Of a stretch of 64,000 bases of DNA, positions 12,408-23,310 are shown piece after piece. The position numbers were made by a program, and so were the translations under genes. A model generated the notes under the pieces. That model was not told where the DNA came from. It ran no database searches and saw only the letters and a program-made list of their open reading frames with translations. Every line of letters starts with the position of its first letter. Position 1 is the stretch's first letter. This stretch comes from Phyllobates terribilis. Taxonomy: Eukaryota. The stretch is from the NCBI RefSeq assembly GCF_046119375.1, contig NW_027362763.1:845370001-845434000 (forward strand), in the 5' to 3' direction.

Positions 12408-13339
12408 GACCTCTCCGGGCAGGCACGGATCCGGTGCTCCTTACTGCCACAGTAGAAGCAGCTCCCCTCGGCATGGCGTAAGTCCTGACGGGTTTTGACC
12501 ATCTTGGTCTGGTCGACCTGCGTAGGCACAGGAGAGTGTACCTGGGGAGAGACGGAGGGAGTGACGGGTTTCTGAAAAGTAGGAGCTAGACGTGGAAACC
12601 TCCTCTCACGGGTGACCTCTTTGGCACGCTCCTGGAACCGTAGGTCAATCCGGGTGGCAAGAGTTATTAGGTCATCGAGAGTGGTAGGAATGTCCCGACT
12701 GGCAAGTTCATCTTTAATACGGCCGGACAGACCCTCCCAGAAGACGGATACCAGAGCGTCGTTATCCCAGGCCAGCTCCGAGGCAAGGGTACGGAACCGT
12801 ATGGCATATTGGCCCACGGTGAGACTTCCCTGACGGAGGCGTAGCAGAGATGATGCGGATGAGGTCTTCCGTCCGGGTTCGTCAAAGACTTTCTGGAAAG
12901 CCGTGAGAAAGGCAGGCAAGTCGGACACCAGGGGGTCTCCTCTCTCCCATAGAGGATTTAGCCAGGCCAGGGCCTCCCCGGTGAGATGGGACATGATGAA
13001 GGCAATTTTGGCCCGGTCGGAGTTAAACTGGTGGGACAATAGTTCAAAGTGCAGGGTGCACTGATTTATGAAGCCCCGAGCCTGGGCGGAGTCGCCTCCG
13101 AAGCGAGGAGGTGCAGAAATCCGGGGTCCGGGGTAGGATACCGTGGTATTAGTGGGCAGCGGAGCTGCCGGATTGCGAGTCATGGCACTGGCGGAGGTTG
13201 CTGGCGGAGCAGTCAGAGTGTCCAGGCGAGAATTGACATTCCGCAGGTGACCCAGGATGGACTCCTGTTGGGACCTCTGACGGGACAGTTCATGACACAG
13301 GTCCGAGAGCGAGGGAGCTTGGGTGCCACCGGGTTCCAT
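12389..13339 (-). CDS. Gypsy #1 Gag (PEG10/RTL1-like capsid with CCHC zinc knuckle)
   Basis: 316-aa ORF: PPRFGGDSAQARGFINQC...EGLSGRIKDELA, with CFYCGSKEHRIRAC knuckle. Confidence 0.93.
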   Translation of the reverse strand: MEPGGTQAPSLSDLCHELSRQRSQQESILGHLRNVNSRLDTLTAPPATSASAMTRNPAAPLPTNTTVSYPGPRISAPPRFGGDSAQARGFINQCTLHFELLSHQFNSDRAKIAFIMSHLTGEALAWLNPLWERGDPLVSDLPAFLTAFQKVFDEPGRKTSSASSLLRLRQGSLTVGQYAIRFRTLASELAWDNDALVSVFWEGLSGRIKDELASRDIPTTLDDLITLATRIDLRFQERAKEVTRERRFPRLAPTFQKPVTPSVSPQVHSPVPTQVDQTKMVKTRQDLRHAEGSCFYCGSKEHRIRACPERSGNACV

Positions 13340-13340
13340 G

Positions 13341-13350
13341 GCCCGAGCAA
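13341..13350 (-). promoter_or_regulatory. Non-tRNA primer-binding site complementary to the predicted transcript 5' end (self-priming)
   Basis: Minus strand TTGCTCGGGC lies 2 nt from the 5' LTR and is the exact complement of 14244-14253 (minus GCCCGAGCAA), 30 nt downstream of TATATAA (14277-14283). Confidence 0.72.
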
Positions 13351-13352
13351 AC

Positions 13353-14497
13353 TGTAACGGGTCTGGGAGGCGGAACCTCTGAGCTACTATACAAGGGGGC
13401 GGTCCTTGTAAGGGAGCAGGTGGCGACCAGGCAGGCAGTCACAGCAGGTGACCGGGACAGTCTCTGGAAGAACGGGCAGGAGATCACGGCAAGTGACTGG
13501 GGCAGTCTCTGGATGAACGGGCAGATGGTCACGGCAAGTGACCGGGGCAGTCTCTGGATGAACGGGCAGATGGTCACGGCAAGTGACCGGGGCAGTCTCT
13601 GGGTAAAGGGTTGGTACGACCTGTGGCGGCTGATGGTAGACGTGAGCTCCCAGGTGAGCAGGCGAGAGTCTCTGGATAAACGGGTGGTCACAGCATGTGA
13701 CGGCGGAGCCTCCAGGAAGACCAACAGACAGGCGGCAGATGAGCGCTCCCAGGTGAGCGGGCAGAAGTCTCTGGACAGGCGGGTGGTCACAGCACGTGAC
13801 GGCAGAGCCTCCAGGTAGGCTAGCAGACAGGCAGCAGATGAGCGCTCCCAGGTGAGCGGGCAGGAGTCACTGGACAGGCAGGTGGTCACAGCACGTGACG
13901 GCGGAGCCTCCAGGTAGGCTAGCAGGCAGGTAGCAGATGTGCGCTCCCAGGTGAGCGGGCAAGCTGGTCCATAGACAGACTGACAGGAGTTGGAAGGCAG
14001 ACCGTCGGACCTCAGGCAAGCAGGCAGGTAGCTGATGTGCGCTCCCAGGTGAGCGGGCAAGCTGGTCCTTAGACAGACTGACAGGAGTTGTAAGACAGAC
14101 CGTCGGACCTCAGGCTAGCAGGCAGGTAGCAGAATATCAGGCAGGAATAAGACAGCAAGCTGGCAGGAATCTGGCAGGTATCTGGCAGGTAACTGGCAAC
14201 GGGACCTGAGGGCTGAAGCAGAGTAGTGAACAGTGCAACAACATTGCTCGGGCACCTCCATTTTGGAGGAGGTGCCTTATATATGGTGAAGTCCTCCGGC
14301 CATTGGCCGGGGACTCCTTAGGACGGCGCGCGCGGCCCCTTTAAGAGGGAGGGAGAGCGCGCGCGCACGCCCTAAGCACAGTGGCCGGGAAGGAGCGCGC
14401 GCTGCCAGCAGAGCGGGAGGAGGACGCCGGGCACGGAGCAGAGAGGTGAGGGGAACAGCGTCCCTGCCTAGCAGAGGGCAGGGACGCCGGCGCTACA
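13353..14497 (-). repeat. 5' LTR of Gypsy #1
   Basis: 1145-bp direct repeat of 7994-9138 with TATA box at 14277-14283 on the minus strand. Confidence 0.95.
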
Positions 14498-14502
14498 CCT
14501 TG

Positions 14503-15500
14503 CAATGCAAGCGCAAGTATGCAGCCTGCCACCCACCCACGCCCAGGCTGCAATACCATACTGCTAGCTTGCTTGCACTTGAAATTGGGCCTTTTAGTTT
14601 GGAGGAGGCCGAAGCTGGCCACTACCTCATGGCTACTTCGGCAGCGAGGTATCCATACTCTGTCCCCAGCTGCCCGGCGGCTGGGTGTCCATACTCGGTC
14701 CCAAGCTGCCCCGCGGCCGGGTGTCCATAAACGGTCCCCAGCCACAACCGTTTCTCCTTGGAACATCACCCCACACACTTTTCTTAGCCCGGCCTGCTTT
14801 AGGGCAGCATTGTACGAGCCCACCAGAGAACCAGACTCCTCCGGTGGGCCCTGGCTTCTCCATCAGGGGAGTTGAGAGTGCCAAGGTGAGGAGCATGATG
14901 ATGATGATAAAAGTTAGCATCTGCTTTGTTTTCTTGGAATGCAAGCGTAAGTGTGCAACCAAACACCCACCCACCCCCAGGCTACAATACCATACTGCTA
15001 GCTTGCACTTGAAATGGGGCCTTTTAGTTTGGAGGAGGCCGAAGCTGGCCACTACCTCGTGGCTGCTTCGGCAGCGAGGTATCCATACTCATTCCTCAGC
15101 CGCCCGGCAGCCGGGTGTCCACTCTCAGTCCCCAGCCGCCAGGGGGCAGCCGGGTGTCCATACTCGGTCCCCAGCCGCCCCATGGCCGGGTGTCCTCACA
15201 CGCTCCCCAGCCACCTGGGGGCGGCCGGGTGTCCATAAACGGTCCCCAGCCGCCCCCATTTCTCCTTGGAACATCCCCCCAACACACTTTTCTTAGCCCG
15301 GCCTGCTTTAGGGCAGCATTGGATGAGCCCACCAGAGAACCAGGCTCCTCTGGAGGGCCCTGGCTTCTCCATCAGGGGAGTTGAGAGTGCCAAGGTGAGG
15401 AGCATGATGATGATGATAGAAGTTAGCGTCTGCTTTGTTTTCTTGGAATGCAAGCACATGTATGTAGTAGCAGCTAGGCCTGAGGTGGTCAGCGTTTTGG
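14503..15500 (+). pseudogene. Duplicated, antisense-oriented fragments of the element's own hAT transposase, with a YSVPS-coding minisatellite
   Basis: Plus-strand translation CKRKYAACHP...SLLALEIGPFSLEEAE...LMA...YPYSVPS aligns with the minus-strand transposase RKRKFAANAP...SRLLGLEMLPFRLVETE...LMA...RYSVPS; two about 430-bp units. Confidence 0.8.
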
Positions 15501-16040
15501 CGCATATCCTACCTCCTCCGAGGATTGCTGGATGTTTTCCTGCTACTATCCCAGTTCTATGACTCCCGTTAAAACAAAGCTTCAGGTGATGAATGATGGA
15601 TGAGGTGGTGGCAAAGGAGAAAGAGCAGGAGGAACAGGGACCATTCACATCAATATCAGGCCAGTCAATCACACATGTCTTGTAGGATATGTTTCTGTAC
15701 CAAAAGGAGCGGTTCGGCTACACAGTTAAAGGGCATGCAGTGAGTGCAATGCCTACCAAAAATTTCGAGGCACTCCAATGCCCCTTGGAAGTGACATGGA
15801 GGTCAGAGGGCCTTAACTAAACTGTTTTTTCCATTTATAGCAACTGGGTCTCCTGCGCACTGTTGGCCTAAGCAGTGAATTGAATGCTTTCCAAAAATTA
15901 TGAGGAACTGCAATACCCCTTGAAACAGACGTGGATTACAGCATACTAAAAACCTTCTACCCATTATTGGGGAGTGGGTCTCTCTTAGTGTTCACCTATG
16001 CATTGAAAAGCAAAAGCTGACTAAAATTAGGAGGAAATGC

Positions 16041-16625
16041 AATGCCCGTTGGAAGAATGGTGGAGGTCGCAGTGGAATAAAAAGACAATATCAATGCCCC
16101 TTGGAAAAGTGGTGGAGGTCGCAGTAGCTTAACAAGATGGTTTTAATGCCCCTTGGAAAAGAGGTGGAGGTCGCAGTAGCTTAACAAGATGGTTTTAATG
16201 CCCCTTTGAGAAGTGGTGGAGGTCGCAGTAGCTTAAAAAGACGGTTTTAATGCCCCTTGGAGAAGTGGTGGAGGTCGCAGTAGCTTAACAAGACGGTTTT
16301 AATGCCCATTGGTAGAGATGTGGAGGTCTCAGTGGAATAAAAAGACAATATCAATGCCCCTTGAAAATGTGGTGGAGGTCGCAGTAGCTTAACAAGATGG
16401 TTTTAATGCCCCTGGGAAAAGTGGTGGAGGTCGCAGTAGCTTAACAAGATGGTTTTAATGCCCCTTGAAAGAATGGTGGAGGTCGCAGTAGCTTAACAAG
16501 ACGGTTTTAATGCCCCTTGGAAGAGCGGTGGAGGTCACAGTAGCTTAACAAGATGGTTTTAATGCACCTTGGAAGAGACGTGGAGGTTGCAGTAGCTTAA
16601 CAAGATGGTTTAAATGCCCCATGGA
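16041..16625. repeat. 52-bp tandem array, about 11 units, inside hAT #1
   Basis: AATGCCCC starts at 16041, 16093, 16145 ... 16613 (exact 52-bp period). Confidence 0.92.
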
Positions 16626-17046
16626 AGAGCCATGCAGTACAGCATCTTAAAAACATTATTCCCATTATTGGGGAGTGGGTCTCCCATAATCTTTGCCTAT
16701 GCCTTCCAAGCAAAAGCTGCTAAAAATTAGGAGGGAGGAACTTGCAATGCTGGCAAACAAGAGCCATGCAGTTCAGCATCTTAAAAACATTATTCCCATT
16801 ATTGGGGAGTGGGTCTCCCATAGTCTTTTCCTATGCCTTCCAAGCAAAAGCTGCCAAAAATTAGGATGGAGGAACTTGCAATGCTGGCAACATGGACCAA
16901 GGTCACCCTGGTGGTATAGTGGTGGTGGAGGCTGAGGATAAGGAGAAGAGCAAAAAAAAACCCGAAATGAGGAAGCGTATACCCATGTGTGGGTATAAAG
17001 CGGTGCATGGGAATACACCTCCTGAAATAACACAGTGGATTTAACT

Positions 17047-20000
17047 TTATGTTACTCTGCTGTCATTTGGTGGTGATGAGAAGTCTGGCCCAATCCAGCC
17101 CTTGATCATTTTGATAAGGGTCAGCTTGTCAGCATTGTCAGTTGACAGGCGAGTGCGCTTATCTGTTATAATTCCCCCAGTGGCACTAAAAACACGCTCC
17201 GATAACACGCTAGCGGCAGGGCAGGCCAGGACCTCCAAGGCGTACAGAGCGAGTTCATTCCAAGTGTCCAGCTTGGATACCCAATAATTAAAAGGCACAG
17301 AGGAATCACGGAGGACGCTGGTACGGTCGGCAAGGTACTCCCTCACCATCTTTTTAAACTTTCCACTCCTTTTGAGAGTACCCCGCGCCTCAGGGCCTGT
17401 AAGCTGGACCGGTCTCAGAAAACTGTCCCAGAACGTTGATAGTGTTCCCCTGCCTCTGCTGGATTGGAGTTGCGTCTCTCTCGCCTGTACGCCTTGGTTG
17501 GGCAACGAACTGTGACCTCTGCCGCTAGCGTGTTCAGATGGGAATTTTTTTAAGAGTTCTGCAGCAAGGGCCTTCTGGTACTGCCCCATTTTTGTAGACC
17601 TCTCCACCTCAGGAACAAGAGAGTGAAAGTTCTCCTTGTAGCGGGGGTCTAAAAGTGTCACCAACCAGTAATGACTGTCACCCAACATTTTTACAACGCG
17701 AGGGTCACGGTTAAGGCAGCGTAACATAAAGTCAGCCATTCGTGCCAGACTGGTAACGGTCAGGACTTCCGTGTCCTCACCAAGATGACGACTGACCATG
17801 CTCTCCTCCTCCTCCTCCTCCTCCCCCCTGTCCTCAGGCCACCCACGCTGAACCGACGGTATGACAGTTGTACAGGTACTACCGTCTACAGCACATGATA
17901 CCAGCTCCTGTTCTTCCTCCTCCTGCTCCTCCACGTTGGGATGAGATGAGGCTGGGCTGTGTGTAATCGCCTGCTATGGCTTCTTGATCCATCTCATCAT
18001 ACTCTGGCTGCAATGCCTCCTCTTTAATTCTCTGCAGAGAACGTTGCAAAAGACAGACAAGTGGGATGCTGACGCTAATGATGGCATCATCGCCACTCAC
18101 CATCTTGGTGGACTCCTCAAAGTTTGTCAGGATGGTACATATGTCAGATATCCAGGTCCACTCCTGAGGTCTTATGTGTGGAGTCTGACCTGAATATCGA
18201 CGGCCTTGTTGCAGCTGGTACTCCACAACTGCTCTCTTCTACTCACAAATCCTTTGCAACATGTGGAGGGTAGAGTAACAACGTGTGGGGACATCACACA
18301 CCAGTCGGTGTGCCGGAAGCTGCAAACGCTGCTGCAACACAGCAAGGGCGGCGGAAGCTGTAGCCGACTTGCGAAAATGAGCGGCGTACTTTGACGAGCA
18401 GATCTGGCAACTCGGGGTATGATTTAAGAAACCGCTGAACCACGAGGTTATGCACATGAGCCCGGCATGGTACGTGTGTGATCTTGCCTCGCCTCAAAGC
18501 CACCACCAGGTTACGGCCATTGTCACACACGACCTAGCCTGGATGTAGGTTCAGCGGTCTCAGCCACAGATCTGCCTGCTCTTTCACAGCTGTCCACAAC
18601 TCACAAGCAGTGTGAGATTTATCACCTAAGCTTATGAGTTTCAGCACAGCCTGTTGCCGCTTGGCTGAGGCAGTACTGCAGTGCTTCCAGCTTGTAACTG
18701 ATGTGGTGATATCTGACATGGAGGATGAACATGAGGAGGAGGAGGAGGATGATGCGCAGGAGCTGTACACTGTGGGGGCAACTCTGACTGACATAGGGCC
18801 CGCAATCCTCGGTGTGGGGAGGATGTGTTCCGTCCCAAGGTCCGACAGGGTCTCGGCTTCCACTATGTTTACCCAGTGTGCCGTCAGGGAGATGTACCGT
18901 CCCTGGCCACAAGCACTTGTCCACGTGTCCATTGTCAGGTGGACTCTCCCAACAACTGCGTTGTTGAGGGCATGGCAGATGTTTTGGGACACGTGCTTGT
19001 GTAGTGCGGGGATGGCACACCGGGCAAAATAGTGTCAGCTGGGGACTGAGTACCGAGGGACAGCCAGCGCCATAAGGTTGCGGAAGGATTCCGTCTCTAC
19101 CAGCCTAAAAGGCAGCATTTCCAACCCAAGCAGTCGTGAAATGTGCGAATTTAGGACTGTGGCCTGTGGGGCGTTGGCTGCGAATTTGCGCTTTCGTTCA
19201 AAGCTCTGGGATATGGACAATTGAACGCTGCGGTGGGACGTGGACGTTGATGCTGCTTCTTGAGAAACTACCATAACAAGTGAAGACTGAGAGGAGGGGG
19301 CATCTTTGCATGCAGTATGGACAGGGGATTGCCTTGCACGCACAACAGGGGGTTCTATTACATTCACAACAGTGGAAGAAGCAGTGGTGACACCCGCTGA
19401 CACTGGCCGTGGACCCTGGGGTTCGCCCCACAAAGTCGGGTGCTTTGCTGCCATGTGCCTGATCATGCTGTTGGTGGTCAGGCTGGTAGTTTTGTCACCC
19501 CTGCTGATGCTGGCATGGCAGTTGGTACAAATGGCCTTTTTGGGGTTATCAGCAGAGTCTTTAAAAAAATTCCAGACTCTGGAAGACCTACAGGTTGTAC
19601 TGGCAACGTCCCTCATGTTGGTGTTACGGGGAACTTTTGCCCGCCTTCTGTGTGCGGCCACCACACTGCTTCTTCCTGCCTGTTGGGGTTCTCTGCCTCC
19701 CTTCCCCTGTGTGCTGCTGGCCTCACTCTGCGTATCCTCCTGCCACGTTAGGTCAGTTACTAGATCATCCACCACCTCCTCCTCTTCCACTTGCGCACCA
19801 CGATCCTCCTCCTCACTACGTGGCAATTGTGTCTCGTCATTGTCCACCTCTTGTGACAAATTGCCAGCTTCGACTTCCTGTGGCCGTGGCTGTTCAAATA
19901 TTTGGGCATCGCTACATGGGATCTCCTCTTCCACCACTTCAAGCGGAGCAGGCGAGGGGCACAAATATGGAAATGGACCAGTGAACAGCTCTTCAGAGTG

Positions 20001-20381
20001 TCCAAGTGTGGGATCAACTGCTGTCTGACGACACTCGGCATGGTGGGAGGAAGGAACGTCAGGGTGAGGAGGAGTATGCAGTCGAGACTCACGGCTACTA
20101 AAACTTGACCGTGTGGAAGACAGACCGGAGGTGGTGGTGCCCAGGTAACTGGAAGTATTATCTGCTATCCAATTAATAACCTGTTCACACTGATCAGTTC
20201 GCAATACTTGTGTTGTAGTGTGCTTCCCTAGTAATTCGGTCAAGAAGTGGGAGCGAGAAGATGTGGCTGTTTGTGGTGGCACATTTTCACCTTGGCCACG
20301 GCCCCGTCCTCTACACGCATCATCACCAGAACATCCAGTTCCACGTCCCTTGCCACGCGCATTGCCACGCACCTTGCCCAT
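17047..20381 (-). pseudogene. hAT transposase pseudogene (BED finger, DDE core, hATC dimerisation domain)
   Basis: BED VWNFF...CTNC...RHMAAKH; TMDTWTS; CDNG; CxxH; SERVFS. Broken by about 3 in-frame stops (19035, 18534, 18239) and 2 frameshifts. Confidence 0.92.
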
Positions 20382-20579
20382 TGTAAATTAAGTAAAATAG
20401 CTTACACTCGCACTATCAATGGAAAAAGGTTAATAAAAAGGAGATTAGAAGCGTGGAAGAGGAAAACCACAGTTCTATTTCTCTGGCCTACACCAGAATC
20501 TTTTAAACAGATATATTTGTGACTGAACAGACAGGGAGACACTATTTATTTATTTTTTACATAAAACAGGCCAACAGCT

Positions 20580-22800
20580 GGATAATACAGAGATTTGAAC
20601 CGTGGAACTGCAAAACCACAGTTCTAATTTACTGGCGTATACCAGACTTTTTTTAATAGATATATTTGGGGCTGAACAGTCAGCGACACACTCAAACTGT
20701 TTTTTTTATGTAAAAAAGGCCCAAAAGTGGATAATACAGAGATTTGAACCTTGGAACTGCAAAACCACAGTTATAGTTATGTGGCGTACACCAGAATCTT
20801 TCAAACAGATATATTTGTGTCTGAACAATCCGGGAGACACTATTACAGTTTTTTTTTATGGCAAAAAATGCCAAAAACAGGATAATACAGAGATTTGACC
20901 CGTGGAACTGCAAAACCACAGTTCTATTTTTCTGGCCTACACCAGACTATTTTAAACAGATATATTGGTGTCTGACCAGTCAGGGAGACACTATTACATT
21001 TTTTTTTACGGCAAAAAATGCCAAAAACAGGATGATACAGAGATTTGACCCGTGGAACTGCAAAACCACAGTTATAGTTATGTGGCGTACACCAGACTCT
21101 TATAAACAGATATATTGGTGTCTGACCAGTCAGGGAGACACTATTACAGTTTTTTTTAAGGCAAAAAATGCCAAAAACAGGATAATACAGAGATTTGACC
21201 CGTGGAACTGCAAAACCACAGTTATATTTTTCTGGCCTACACCAGACTCTTTTAAACAGATATATTGGTGTCTGATCAGTCAGGGAGACACTATTACAGT
21301 TTTTTTTACTGCAAAAAATGCCAAAAACAGGATAATACAGAGATTTGACTCGTGGAACTGCAAAACCACAGTTATAGTTATGTGGCATACACCAGACTCA
21401 TTTAAACAGATATATTGGTGTCTGACCAGTCAGGGAGACACTATTACTGTTTTTTTTAACGGTAAAAAATGCCAAAAACAGGATAATACAGAGATTTGAC
21501 CCGTGGAACTGCAAAACCACAGTTATATTTTTCTGGCCTACACCAGACTCTTTTAAACAGATATATTGGTGTCTGACCAGTCAGGGAGACACTATTCCAG
21601 TTTTTTTTAAGGCAAAAAATGGCAAAAACAGGATAATGCAGAGATTTGACCCGTGGAACTGCAAAACCACAGTTATATTTTTCTGGCCTACACCAGACTC
21701 TTTTAAACAGATATATTGGTGTCTGACCAGTCAGCGAGACACTATTCCAGTTTTTTTTAAGGCAAAAAATGGCAAAAACAGGATAATGCAGAGATTTGAC
21801 CCGTGGAACTGAAAAACCACAGTTATATTTTTCTGGCCTACGCCAGACTCTTTTAAACAGATATATTGGTGTCTGACCAGTCAGCAAGACACTATTACAG
21901 TTTTTTTTTACGGCAAAAAATGCCAAAAACAGGATAATACAGAGATTTGACCCGTTAAACTGCAAAACCACAGTTATATTTTTTTCTGGCCTACACCAGA
22001 CTCTTTTAAACAGATATATTGGTGTCTGACCAGTCAGGGAGACACTATTACAGTTTTTTTTACGGCAAAAATGCCCAAAACAGGACAATACAGAGATTTG
22101 ACCTGTGGAACAGCAAAACCACAATTATAGTTATGTGGCATACACCAGACTCTTTTAAACAGATATATTGGTGTCTGACCAGTCAGGGAGACACTATTAC
22201 AGTTTTTTTTAAGGCAAAAAATGGCAAAAACAGGATAATGCGGAGATTTGAACCATGGAACTGCAAAACCACAGTTATATTTTTCTGGCCTACACCAGAC
22301 TCTTTTAAACAGATATATTGGTGTCTGACCAGTCAGGTAGACACTATTACGTTTTTTTTTTACGGCAAAAAATGGCAAAAACCGGATAATGCAGAGATTT
22401 GACCCGTGGAACTGCAAAACCACAGTTATACTTATGTGACGTACACCAGACTCTTTTAAACAGATATATTGGTGTCTGATCAGTCAGGGAGACACTATTA
22501 CAGTTTCTTTTTACGGCAAAAAATGCCAAACACTGGATAATACAGAGATTTGACCCGTGGAACTGCAAAACCACAGTTATAGTTATGTGGCATACACCAG
22601 ACTCTTTTAAACAGATATATTGGTGTCTGACTAGTCAGGGAGACACTATTACAGTTTTTTTTACGGCAAAAAATGCCAAAAACAGGATAATACAGACATG
22701 TGACCTGTGGAACTGCAAAACCACAGTTATATTTTTCTGGCCTACACCAGACTCTTTTAAACAGATATATTGTTGTCTGAACAGTCACAGACACACTCAA
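20580..22800. repeat. About 150-bp tandem array, about 15 units, in the 5' leader of hAT #1
   Basis: GGATAATACAGAGATTTGACCCGTGGAACTGCAAAACC starts at 20580, 20729, 20880, 21030 ... 22685; two alternating unit variants. Confidence 0.95.
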
Positions 22801-23174
22801 TTTTTTTTTTTTGGGGGGGAAATACCAAAAGGTTAATAAGACGTGTATTTGAACAGTCTGACTGAGGAAAAAAAAAAATACAGGATTTAGATGAAAAAAA
22901 AAAAATTTTTTCCTGGCCCCTGAGACCGGGGTGATAAGTCTAGCAATTTGACCAACTGGAGCACACAGGACTGTAATGCAGTGTTTGCTGGTATAACCAC
23001 TGTGTCTCCTATACAGCCTGCCTGCCTACCTGATATCTGGGATGGATATTAGTCCTGAGAAGGACTGTTTGTTTGATTTGGCCGGCTTTAGAGACCCTAC
23101 ACTAACTATTTCGGAGTATAAATCTCTCCCTAGCTCAGCAGCACTGACCCTACACTGGCTGATACGGAGCGACT

Positions 23175-23310
23175 GTGTCCAAGATGGCGGCGCCCGGTTT
23201 TAAATACTCGAGGTGACGCTGTGCGGCCAGCCAATCACTGTAATGCCCACAACCAACATGGCTGCGGCATTACAGTGACTGGCTGGCAATCCCTGCATGT
23301 TCATTGGCTC
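23175..23310 (-). promoter_or_regulatory. Predicted inward-facing promoter of hAT #1
   Basis: CCAAT boxes (23231-23235, 23303-23307), TATTTAAA (23199-23206, minus strand), YY1/initiator-like GCCGCCATCTT (about 23181-23191). Confidence 0.5.

Larger units (their letters stand above)
7994..14497 (-). mobile_element. Full-length Ty3/Gypsy chromovirus (Tf1/sushi-like) LTR retrotransposon, apparently intact
   Basis: Two 1145-bp TG...CA LTRs, 5-bp TSD CCTTG (7989-7993, 14498-14502), gag and pol with chromodomain, PPT at about 9139-9155. Confidence 0.96.

Noticed and set aside
20580-22800. 150-bp, 110-bp and 52-bp arrays as CRISPR-like or guide-RNA arrays
   Set aside because: Units are homologous along their whole length with no unique spacers, there is no cas-like gene, and the context is a vertebrate hAT transposon.
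20858-22836. Repetitive ORFs of 100-220 aa across the 150-bp array
   Set aside because: By-product of a unit length divisible by 3; frames break wherever homopolymer lengths change.
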